A stretch of 64,000 nucleotides of DNA from an uncultured Lachnospiraceae bacterium (GTDB lineage: Bacteria > Bacillota > Clostridia > Lachnospirales > Lachnospiraceae). Below are positions 38,771 through 47,823 of the stretch, piece after piece. The stretch spans positions 71,387-135,386 of the forward strand of contig CAKRYR010000002.1 in NCBI GenBank assembly GCA_934432595.1. The letters are read 5' to 3'. A program made the position numbers and the translations under genes. The notes under the pieces were generated by a model, which was not told the DNA's origin, did no database searches, and was given only the letters and a program-made list of their open reading frames with translations. Each line of letters opens with the position of its first letter. Within the stretch, counting starts at the first letter, position 1.

Positions 38771-40579
38771 ATGGTTATCAAAGAGTTGAAGATGAAGAAT
38801 TTCGGTAAATTTACATATAAGGATATCGAACTTCGTGACGGAATTAATATTGTATATGGTAATAATGAATCGGGTAAATCAACTGTACACTCTTTTATTA
38901 GAGGAATGTTGTTTGGTTTAGAGAAGAAAAGAGGACGTGCAAGTAAAGATAATTTGTATGAAAGATATAAACCTTGGGAGGGTAATACGTTATTTTCGGG
39001 TTATATGAAGATTGAGGATAATGGTGAAGTATACGATTTGTCTAGAGTATTTACCCAAGAAGAAAAGAAAATAGAATGTGTTAAGGAAAGTAATGGAGAA
39101 GAATGCGTTGTAGACGATAAACCAGGATTTTTGGCAGATATAACAGAGAATAAATATCGTAATACTATAAGTAATGAACAGACTAAAGTTAGAGTTGATA
39201 AAGATTTGGCAAGTGAACTTAAGAATTATATTGCTAATCTTTCAACTTCAAAGGATAGAGAAGTGGATGTCTCTACCGCCCTTAGCGATCTTAATCAACG
39301 CAAAAGAGAAGTACTTAAGAAGACTACTGCTAAAGAAATAGATGAATTGACAAAGCAAGTAGATAGAGATATAGCAGAAGAAAAGAAGCTTAGTCAATTG
39401 ATAAAGGAGTTAGATAAATCTAATAAGGAACTTGTAAATGAGACTAAGACTAAGGAAGAAGAAAGTATACGAATTATTAGACAGTATGTTGAAGAATATG
39501 ATGGCATTAAGGCAGAGTATGGCGAACTTAAAGATTTAGAATATGAAAAACGTATGCTTAGTGATATAGATGAGAAGGTAGATAGTAGTAGCAAGGCAGT
39601 TGCAGATAAAATCTTTTCATTTGGAAGTATTGGTGTTGTTAGTTTTGTAATATTGATTATTTTAATAACTATGGGGCTTAATACTACATCGATTATGATC
39701 TCTGTGGGAGTATTGGCAGTAGGTTTATTTACTACATATTTTCTAAATGATAAAGTTACTTCAATGCTTGTTAAGAAAGAATGTGAGCGTAACATTCAAC
39801 AGGAAAAAGGTGCTAGAGAAGAGAAGGATAGAGTAAATGCTCTTATTTCTGAAAAGCAAAACATAATATTGGAATATGCTAGGAGAGTATGTCCTCTTAA
39901 TAATATTGATGATGAGGAAATGCTAAAGTTAGATAAAGAAGTTAGCATATTAAAGAATCAGATTGAAGGTCATATTTTACAAAAAGAAAAACAAGATGAT
40001 GAGATGAAACTTGCCATTGAGAAATTGAATTGGCAGATTAACCTTCTAGAGAGTGATAGTGAATCTAGAGAAGATAGAAGAAAGAATCTTGAAGAATTAA
40101 AAGTTTTACTTAATAAAGAAAAGAATGAAGTAGATGCATTAAATATTGCAATAGATACAATTGATGAATTATCTAAGACTATACATTTGAGTGTAAGTGG
40201 TGACTTGAATAATTTGATTTCAAAGTATTGCGAGAAATTAACTGAAGGTAAATATTCTAAGGTACGTGTAGGAGATCAATTTAATATAAGTGTATATGGT
40301 AACGATAGATATATAGATATAGATAGATTGAGTGTAGGAACTGTAGAGCAGGTATATCTTGCCGTTAGATTGGCTGTGGCAGAGATGTTTTGGAATGATA
40401 GACATTTGCCGATACTATTAGATGAAAGTTTCGCTTTTTATGACAAAGAAAGGCTTAGAGCAACTCTTAGAGCTTTATCTAAAACGGAAAATAGACAAGT
40501 CATTATATTTACATGTAATACAAGAGAGGCAACAATACTTGAAGAAGAAAACATAGAGTATAACTATGTTGAATTATAA
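38771..40579 (+). CDS. SbcC/Rad50-like AAA ATPase with an internal transmembrane hairpin (YhaN-like)
   Basis: Walker A GNNESGKST at the N-terminus. Coiled-coil-like K/E-rich arms. Signature-like LSVGTVEQVYLAVRLA and Walker D-loop LLDESFAFYD at the C-terminus. Two hydrophobic helices in the middle (IGVVSFVILIILITMGL and IMISVGVLAVGLFTTYFL). Confidence 0.75.
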   Translation: MVIKELKMKNFGKFTYKDIELRDGINIVYGNNESGKSTVHSFIRGMLFGLEKKRGRASKDNLYERYKPWEGNTLFSGYMKIEDNGEVYDLSRVFTQEEKKIECVKESNGEECVVDDKPGFLADITENKYRNTISNEQTKVRVDKDLASELKNYIANLSTSKDREVDVSTALSDLNQRKREVLKKTTAKEIDELTKQVDRDIAEEKKLSQLIKELDKSNKELVNETKTKEEESIRIIRQYVEEYDGIKAEYGELKDLEYEKRMLSDIDEKVDSSSKAVADKIFSFGSIGVVSFVILIILITMGLNTTSIMISVGVLAVGLFTTYFLNDKVTSMLVKKECERNIQQEKGAREEKDRVNALISEKQNIILEYARRVCPLNNIDDEEMLKLDKEVSILKNQIEGHILQKEKQDDEMKLAIEKLNWQINLLESDSESREDRRKNLEELKVLLNKEKNEVDALNIAIDTIDELSKTIHLSVSGDLNNLISKYCEKLTEGKYSKVRVGDQFNISVYGNDRYIDIDRLSVGTVEQVYLAVRLAVAEMFWNDRHLPILLDESFAFYDKERLRATLRALSKTENRQVIIFTCNTREATILEEENIEYNYVEL

Positions 40580-40639
40580 ATTGTAACGGTAGATTGTATT
40601 TGGGGACTTATTAATAGGTGCCATTAAGGAGGCTAATCT

Positions 40640-43621
40640 ATGGATAATAGAAACAACAATAATCAAGGTAATCGACGTAGTATTGGTTCAAATAATAGAA
40701 GTAATAATCCGAGTAATCAAGGAAATAATGCATATTCTAAATATGGTTCTAATACAGGATATAATAATAGAGGAAATATGAACCGTAATTCAAATAGTAA
40801 TTATGGAAATGGTAATACTGGTTATGGTAATAATTCAGGCGTAAGATATACTAATAATACCGGTTATGGTAATAATGGATTAAATTATAATAACCGTTAT
40901 TCAGGAGAGAATAATAATTATGGGCAAGGAAAGTATAATGATATAAAAGGTTTGTCAGAGGACTATGAAAATTTTAGTGTTAATATAGATGATATGGGGG
41001 ATGATAATATGGAAAATCCTATCGATAAGAAGACATTAATTAAGAAAAGAATAAAGCTTGGCATTAAGATTTTTTGTATCGCTTTTCTTGCAGTTATAGT
41101 AATAGGTGGACTAGTTTTCTATATGAAATATGGTAAAGAAATTATGAAAATGAGGGCTGACGCTAAGAAAATTGTAGAGGATACTACTGATGAAACATTT
41201 ACTAAATCTGCTCAACATAAGTATTATGGTGTTAAAACAGTGAATGGTGTTAAAAAAACAGTACAGTTTGATATGGGACTTGGCAATTCTAAATATATAT
41301 CCATGAGTGAAGGTGGAGAAAATATGGAACTTGCTGGTAATCTAATGGTATATTCAGAGGATAGAAATTTCTATAAGCATCATGGTGTTGACTTCTGGGG
41401 AACTGTTAAAGCAGCTGCTTGGACGGTATTGGAGAAAATCAAGGGCGGTGATTCTGAACGTGGTGGTAGTACAATAACCCAACAGCTTGTACGTAACGTA
41501 TTGTTGCAAGATTTTGATAAGACTTGGAGACGTAAGGTTAAAGAAATATTTGTTTCATGGGAACTTGAAAGTAAATATGATAAATTAAATGGAATAAAGG
41601 GAAAAGAGAAGCTTTTGGAATTTTATCTTAATAATATAAATTTTGGAAATGGATACATGGGAATAGAAAATGCTGCTTATGGATATTTTAGTAAAAGTGT
41701 AAAGAATTTAACAAAGGGACAAGTTGCTTTCCTATGTTCAATTCCTAATAATCCTTCTTTATATGATCCTAAGGACTTAACTTCATGTAATGGAGATACA
41801 AGTTATAAAGTTAATAAGTATACGCTTAATCGTAAGGAAAGATTATTAGGACAATTAAAGAAATACGGTAAGAGTGATGAGATTGATGAAGAAGAATATA
41901 AAGCAGCATGTGCTGAGCAAATTGTACTAAATGAAGCTAAGGTTAATACGAAGGAAAGCAGTAGTAAATATCCTGTTGATAGATTGCTAAAAACGTATAT
42001 TATTAAGTGTACATGTGAAAAAATAATGGAATTGTATATGAAGGATGATTTTAAGTTTAAGTATCCATATGAACTTACAACTGAAGCTGACAAAAACGCT
42101 TATGAGATAGAATATGAAAAAGCTTATCAAATAGCATTAAATAGATTGAATCAATCTTCTGAAACATATTATATATATACATCCTTAGATGTAGATATGA
42201 TAGATAAGTTACAACAATCTATAGATGAAGGTGTAAATAAATATGGTGGTTCTATGGCAAGGCAAGCTAAAAAAGATGATTCTAATACCTATTCAGTACA
42301 AAGTGCTGGAGTTACAATGGATAATAAAGGGTATGTTGTAGCAATGGTTAATGGACGTACTGGTAAGAATAATGTATCAAACTGGATGGGTAGAGCTTTT
42401 GGATGTAGTGCTAGTGGTAATGAGCAATTAAATCTTGCTAGACAACCAGGAAGTGCTATTAAGCCACTTGTAGTATATGCACCATATTTTGAAGAGAATT
42501 ATAAGATTCAGAAAAAGAATATAGAAGAAGGTAAGGGAATATCATTCCGATTCTTAGATGAACCAGTAGATGATAGCGGTCCATATAAAGTACACGGCGC
42601 ATCTAGTGTTAAGAATTCACATGATGCATATAATTCGAGTAAAAATATAAGAGATGCTATTAAGAAGTCTAGTAATGTTGTTGCATATAGAATACTAGAG
42701 AATAAGGATAATATGTATAATCTAGGCCTTTCAAAAGGTTTAATGTATCTAAAGAAGTTAAATTTTAGGTTCTTAACTAATAAAGAAAATACAAGAATTT
42801 CTATAGGTGGTTTTCAATATGGTTCCACACCTTTAGAGATGTGTGCAGCTTATAGCGCAATATTGATGACTAAGGGACATATAAGACCTACATGTGTAAA
42901 AGTAATAAGTGATAGAGAGATAAATAGCGTGGTTGAGATAGATAGAGATGAACAGAGTGTTACAAAGACTAGGTTTGTATTCAGTAATGATACTAGAACA
43001 AGGATTACAGAGGGAATGAAAGGTGTATTTGAATCAGGTGGAACAGCAGCAGGACGTAGACCAAGTAATTCAAAATGGGAAGTTGCCGGCAAGACAGGTA
43101 CAACAAATAGTAATGTTGATGCTTGGTTCTGTGGTGGAACACCAAAATATACAACATCTATATGGGTTGGCTTAGATAGTGTGAGAAAAGGAAGTAGTGG
43201 TTTTTCAGGTCCTACAGTTGCAAGGATTTGGAGAGATTATTATAATTTATTAGCTAAAGATAAGAGAATATGTGCCGAGATGAATCTTGAAAGTAAATTT
43301 GAGGAAAATTATGATGCAGCTCTTGGAAAGGTAGTATATTCTTCTTCTGGATTAGATATTGAAGCTACGGAAGATCCTAATGAAATAGGTGCAACAGAGG
43401 AAACAACGACATTCACATTTGCTCCAACAACTCAAGATCCTAATACTAATCCAGTGGATCCTAATACTCCACAAGAAACAGAGCAACCTGCTTGGGAATA
43501 TAGACCAACAACTGAACCTGTTACTGAACCACCAACTGATTATGGTGATGACGAAGAAGATAATGATAACAATAATAATGGTGATGGCAATGGCAATATT
43601 TTTTGGAATCCTGGCAATTAA
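40640..43621 (+). CDS. class A penicillin-binding protein (glycosyltransferase plus transpeptidase)
   Basis: GT51 motifs EDRNFYKHHGVD and GGSTITQQLVRN. Transpeptidase motifs SAIK (SxxK), a candidate SxN-type motif, and KTGTT. One transmembrane helix after an N/G/Y-rich N-terminal tail. Acidic/Pro/Thr-rich C-terminal tail. Confidence 0.85.
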   Translation: MDNRNNNNQGNRRSIGSNNRSNNPSNQGNNAYSKYGSNTGYNNRGNMNRNSNSNYGNGNTGYGNNSGVRYTNNTGYGNNGLNYNNRYSGENNNYGQGKYNDIKGLSEDYENFSVNIDDMGDDNMENPIDKKTLIKKRIKLGIKIFCIAFLAVIVIGGLVFYMKYGKEIMKMRADAKKIVEDTTDETFTKSAQHKYYGVKTVNGVKKTVQFDMGLGNSKYISMSEGGENMELAGNLMVYSEDRNFYKHHGVDFWGTVKAAAWTVLEKIKGGDSERGGSTITQQLVRNVLLQDFDKTWRRKVKEIFVSWELESKYDKLNGIKGKEKLLEFYLNNINFGNGYMGIENAAYGYFSKSVKNLTKGQVAFLCSIPNNPSLYDPKDLTSCNGDTSYKVNKYTLNRKERLLGQLKKYGKSDEIDEEEYKAACAEQIVLNEAKVNTKESSSKYPVDRLLKTYIIKCTCEKIMELYMKDDFKFKYPYELTTEADKNAYEIEYEKAYQIALNRLNQSSETYYIYTSLDVDMIDKLQQSIDEGVNKYGGSMARQAKKDDSNTYSVQSAGVTMDNKGYVVAMVNGRTGKNNVSNWMGRAFGCSASGNEQLNLARQPGSAIKPLVVYAPYFEENYKIQKKNIEEGKGISFRFLDEPVDDSGPYKVHGASSVKNSHDAYNSSKNIRDAIKKSSNVVAYRILENKDNMYNLGLSKGLMYLKKLNFRFLTNKENTRISIGGFQYGSTPLEMCAAYSAILMTKGHIRPTCVKVISDREINSVVEIDRDEQSVTKTRFVFSNDTRTRITEGMKGVFESGGTAAGRRPSNSKWEVAGKTGTTNSNVDAWFCGGTPKYTTSIWVGLDSVRKGSSGFSGPTVARIWRDYYNLLAKDKRICAEMNLESKFEENYDAALGKVVYSSSGLDIEATEDPNEIGATEETTTFTFAPTTQDPNTNPVDPNTPQETEQPAWEYRPTTEPVTEPPTDYGDDEEDNDNNNNGDGNGNIFWNPGN

Positions 43622-43670
43622 AGGAACAGACAAAATCTAGATTATATTAAATATTAAATAGAAATAATGA

Positions 43671-43696
43671 AGGTCCATAGGATATCCTATGGACCT
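43671..43696. terminator. bidirectional terminator between the PBP gene and rpoD
   Basis: AGGTCCATAGG-atat-CCTATGGACCT is a perfect palindrome between convergent genes. Confidence 0.65.
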
Positions 43697-43723
43697 TATA
43701 TATTAAATTATTAATCAACAATA

Positions 43724-44905
43724 TTAAACTATATCATACCCTTTTAACATTCTTGCTCTACTAGGATGACGTAACTTACGTAAAGCTTTAGCTTCTATCT
43801 GTCTAATTCTTTCACGTGTTACCTTAAATTCCTTACCTACTTCTTCTAGGGTTCTAGTTCTTCCATCATCTAAACCAAAACGTAATGTTAAGACACGTTG
43901 TTCTCTATCAGTTAATGTGTTCAATAACTTAGATATCTGGTCTTGTAACATTGCATATGCAGCTGCATCTTCTGGTCCAACAATAGAATCGTCTTTAATA
44001 AAGTCACCTAAATGGCTATCATCTTCCTCACCGATAGGTGTATCAAGTGAGATTGGGTCGGCTGACACCTTGAGAATCTCTCTGACTTTTTCGATAGGCA
44101 TATCTAATGCTTTTGATAATTCTTGTTCAGTAGGTTCTCTTCCTAATTCCTGCAATAGGTTCCTTGAAACACGATAAGTTTTATTAATTACTTCTGACAT
44201 ATGAACAGGAATTCTTATTGTTCTAGATTGGTCTGCAATAGAACGTGTAATTGATTGACGTATCCACCATGTAGCATAAGTACTGAACTTATACCCTTTA
44301 GTGTAGTCAAATTTGTCTACTGCCTTGATTAATCCTAGATTACCTTCTTGTATTAGGTCTAAGAAAGATAATCCCCTTCCAACGTATCTCTTTGCAATAC
44401 TAACTACAAGTCTAAGATTGGACTCCGCTAATTGTTTCTTGGCATGCTCATCACCTTGTTCAATTCTTTTGGCAAGATTAATCTCGTCTTCAATTGTAAG
44501 TAATGGGTAAGAACCAATTTCTTTTAAATATAATTTTACCGGGTCATCTGACATTGCTGAGTTAATGATTGCTGTGTCTTCAATTACAAAGTCATCGTTG
44601 TTATCCTTTTCAAACTCTAGCAAAGCTTTCTCATCGGGTTCGGCGTCGTCGTCATTTACATTCAAAACTATAATGCCTTTAGATTCTAAGAACTCATACA
44701 TTAAGTCAATCTGAGAGAGGGAAGGATTCACCTCTTTTAAAATGTCATTGATTTTTGCAATTTCAATTACGTTATTATTGCTATGTGCAACACCAACAAG
44801 TTCTTCAAGTTTTGCTTTAAAAACTGCTGGATCAACATTAGCTTCCGCAACTGTTTTCTTGCTTTGAGTTTTTGACTTAGCATCAACATCTTTTGAGTTT
44901 TTCAT
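43724..44905 (-). CDS. rpoD: primary RNA polymerase sigma factor
   Basis: Region 2-4 motifs: [53 protein letters not shown] and [21 protein letters not shown] prefer the start at 44905 (GGAGG 5 nt upstream); the track's 44917 ATG lies inside the ribosome-binding site. Confidence 0.9.
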   Translation of the reverse strand: MKNSKDVDAKSKTQSKKTVAEANVDPAVFKAKLEELVGVAHSNNNVIEIAKINDILKEVNPSLSQIDLMYEFLESKGIIVLNVNDDDAEPDEKALLEFEKDNNDDFVIEDTAIINSAMSDDPVKLYLKEIGSYPLLTIEDEINLAKRIEQGDEHAKKQLAESNLRLVVSIAKRYVGRGLSFLDLIQEGNLGLIKAVDKFDYTKGYKFSTYATWWIRQSITRSIADQSRTIRIPVHMSEVINKTYRVSRNLLQELGREPTEQELSKALDMPIEKVREILKVSADPISLDTPIGEEDDSHLGDFIKDDSIVGPEDAAAYAMLQDQISKLLNTLTDREQRVLTLRFGLDDGRTRTLEEVGKEFKVTRERIRQIEAKALRKLRHPSRARMLKGYDIV

Positions 44906-45286
44906 AAATACCTCCAACCGAATTTAAAAAAATTCATATATTAATACATCCCTGTGTATTTAGTGTAAAAAACAAAAAGTTCCTTTAGCACTATTCAACA
45001 TTTTATCACAGCTAAAAGGATTTTGCTATAGAAAAATGAAAAAAATAACGGATTTTAAAGAAAATTTCACATTTTTAAAAAAATATTATAAAAGTTTTAT
45101 TTGTTATCACAAAAAAGCGATGTTTTTCGCATAGTAATAAGAGTAAATTAATCTCATATAAATAATCTTTAAAAATCTGTTGACATGATTAATATATAGG
45201 GTAAAATTAATAATGTTGGTTAGAATAAGTTTATACTTTATTATGATTGACAATATTATAGATTTTAATACAAAGGAGTTATGAAA

Positions 45287-46444
45287 ATGGAAAACTGTTC
45301 ACATGATTGCAGTTCTTGCGAATCAAATTGTGCTCAAAAGAAAGAGTCTTTAAAAGAACCATGCAATAAATATAGTAATGTTAAGAAAGTTATCGGTGTA
45401 GTAAGTGGTAAAGGAGGAGTTGGTAAATCTCTTGTTACTTCATACGCAGCTGTTTTGATGAATAGAAAAGGATATAAGACTGCTATTTTAGATGCTGATA
45501 TTACAGGGCCATCTATACCAAAGTCATTTGGTATAAAAGGTAAAGCACTTGGTAATGAAATGGGAATATTGCCTCGTGAGTCACAGAATGGTACAAAGGT
45601 AATGTCAATTAATTTATTATTAGAATCAGAAGCAATGCCAGTTTTATGGCGTGGACCAATTGTAATTGGTGCAGTCAAGCAATTTTGGACAGATGTTCTA
45701 TGGGAAGATGTTGACTATATGTTTGTTGATATGCCACCAGGAACAGGTGATGTACCATTAACAGTATTTCAATCATTACCATTAGACGGAATAATCATAG
45801 TTACTTCACCTCAAGAGTTGGTTTCTTTAATTGTTGAGAAAGCAGTTAATATGGCTAAGGCTATGAATGTTCCTATTTTAGGATTAGTTGAGAACTATAG
45901 TTATATTCAATGTGGTAACTGTGGAGAAAAAATGAGTGTATTTGGAGAGAGCCATGTTGATGATATAGCAAAGAGGTATAATCTTAATGTATTGGCTAAA
46001 TTACCAATTGATACGAAAATTGCTCAAGCGGTTGATAAAGGTGAGATTGAAAAGCTTGAAGGTGATTGGCTAGATGATGTAGCAGACTATATAGAACAAA
46101 ACTTAGAGATTAAGGAAAATGAAGTAAAAGCCGATATGAAAATAGCAGTACCTTGTGAAAAAGATGATATCAATGAGCACTATGGAAAATGTACAAATTT
46201 CAAAGTATTTGTAATTAAAAATGGCGAACTTGATAAGAAATATGATCTTACTGCAATGAATTCTGAACATGAGATTGTATCACAGTTGCTAAAAGATGAG
46301 AGTGTTGATACTGTTTTATGTGGTGGAATAGGACAAGGCGCAATGGAATCTTTGTTTAAACATAATATAGTTGTTATTCCAGGTTTAAAAGGCAATATAG
46401 ATGTTGCTGTTGGCAGCTATCTTGATGAAGTTGTTACACGTTAG
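45287..46444 (+). CDS. Mrp/NBP35-family Fe-S cluster carrier ATPase fused to a NifB/NifX-like (dinitrogenase FeMo-cofactor-binding fold) domain
   Basis: N-terminal Cys cluster CSHDCSSCESNC. Deviant Walker A SGKGGVGKS. MPPGTGD. CGNCG. The C-terminal 100 aa (KIAVPCEKDDINEHYGKCTNFKVFVI...VLCGGIGQGA) have the NifX/NifB-C pattern. The second ATG (45287) has better spacing to GGAG than 45281. Confidence 0.75.
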   Translation: MENCSHDCSSCESNCAQKKESLKEPCNKYSNVKKVIGVVSGKGGVGKSLVTSYAAVLMNRKGYKTAILDADITGPSIPKSFGIKGKALGNEMGILPRESQNGTKVMSINLLLESEAMPVLWRGPIVIGAVKQFWTDVLWEDVDYMFVDMPPGTGDVPLTVFQSLPLDGIIIVTSPQELVSLIVEKAVNMAKAMNVPILGLVENYSYIQCGNCGEKMSVFGESHVDDIAKRYNLNVLAKLPIDTKIAQAVDKGEIEKLEGDWLDDVADYIEQNLEIKENEVKADMKIAVPCEKDDINEHYGKCTNFKVFVIKNGELDKKYDLTAMNSEHEIVSQLLKDESVDTVLCGGIGQGAMESLFKHNIVVIPGLKGNIDVAVGSYLDEVVTR

Positions 46445-46569
46445 GTGAATTGTGTGAATTTTCTGTAAAATAAGCAGATTTTTGTTTTACATTTATGGCA
46501 AAATTTGGTATACTACTATATGTGAGTAGCAATATGCGTAAAAAAATACTAGAAGGGAAAGATTACAGG

Positions 46570-47676
46570 ATGAATTTAAAGAGAATATTAGTTGGAGTAA
46601 TGGTATCAGCAGCAGTAGTTGGTATGGTAGGATGTGGCAAAAAGGAATCTTCTAATACTTATAAGAATAAAGTAATATTAGGAAAGTATAAAGGAATTGA
46701 AGTTGAAAAAATGTCTACGGACCCTACAGAGGACGAGATAGAGAGTCAGATTACTGAATATCTTCATTCATTAGAAGATAAAGGAATTAAGAAGGTTAAA
46801 AAAGGTGATAATGTTAACATCGATTTCGAAGGTAAGATAAATGGTAAGGCTTTTGATAATGGAAGTGCAAAGAAATACAATTTGGTTATAGGTTCTAATA
46901 GTTTTATAGATGGTTTTGAAGAACAACTTATTGGTAAAAAAGTTGGTAAAGAATATGATATAAAAGTTACTTTCCCTAAGGATTATCAAGAAGAATCTTT
47001 ACAAGGAAAGAAAGCTGTATTTAAAGTTAAGATTAATTATGTAAGTCCAAGAAAGTTAACAGATAAAATTGTTAAAAATGATAAGAGCAATGAGTATGAA
47101 ACTGCAGATGATTACAGAGCATATGCTGAAGAAGAATTGGTTGAACAATTAGAAACTAATGCAGAGAATTCAATGAAGTCTACTATACTTTCTGAAGTTG
47201 TTAAGAATTGTAAATATAAGAATTTAAAAGAAGATATAGCAAAAGAAGTTAAAAATTCAAAAGCTCAAATTAAGAAACAATATAACATTTCAGTAGCTGA
47301 ATATGCTAAACAAATGGGTTCAGATGAGAAAACTTTATTGAAACAAATAGAAGATTCTTCTGAAAATTATGTAAAACAAAGCCTTGCATTACTTGCAATT
47401 GCTTCAAAAGAAAATATTAAATTATCAGATAAGGAATTTAATTCAAAGGTTCAAAAGCAATTAGATGAGTATAAGAGTGCTAATTATACTATTTCAAAAG
47501 AAGATTTTTATGAACAATTCGGTGGTAAATCAGCAGCTAAAGAATATTATCTTCAATTAAAGGTTTTAGATTATTTAGTAGATCAAGCTAAGGTTGTTAA
47601 AGCAAAACCTTCAGTTGAGCCAACAAAAGAAGCAGCTAAGAAAGAATCAAAGAAGTCAGATAAAGATAAGAAATAG
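46570..47676 (+). CDS. lipoprotein with trigger-factor-like FKBP PPIase and C-terminal chaperone domains
   Basis: Signal with lipobox VGCG (MNLKRILVGVMVSAAVVGMVGC). Trigger-factor PPIase block GDNVNIDFEGKINGKAFDNGSAKKYNLVIGSNSFIDGFEEQLIGKKVGKEYDIKVTFPKDY...GKKAVFKVKIN. The ribosome-binding N-domain is absent. Confidence 0.7.
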   Translation: MNLKRILVGVMVSAAVVGMVGCGKKESSNTYKNKVILGKYKGIEVEKMSTDPTEDEIESQITEYLHSLEDKGIKKVKKGDNVNIDFEGKINGKAFDNGSAKKYNLVIGSNSFIDGFEEQLIGKKVGKEYDIKVTFPKDYQEESLQGKKAVFKVKINYVSPRKLTDKIVKNDKSNEYETADDYRAYAEEELVEQLETNAENSMKSTILSEVVKNCKYKNLKEDIAKEVKNSKAQIKKQYNISVAEYAKQMGSDEKTLLKQIEDSSENYVKQSLALLAIASKENIKLSDKEFNSKVQKQLDEYKSANYTISKEDFYEQFGGKSAAKEYYLQLKVLDYLVDQAKVVKAKPSVEPTKEAAKKESKKSDKDKK

Positions 47677-47724
47677 TTTAATTGAAATATTTTGAATAAT
47701 AGCAAATCAATAATTATATAAAGA

Positions 47725-47756
47725 GGAAAGAGTCTTTGGTGACTCTTTTCTTTTTG
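47725..47756 (+). terminator. intrinsic terminator
   Basis: GGAAAGAGTC-tttggt-GACTCTTTTC followed by TTTTT. Confidence 0.6.
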
Positions 47757-47823
47757 CTATAAAGTAAATTAATATATATGACGATATCTTCATTGATGTA
47801 ATGTGTGCATTGGAGGTATGTTT

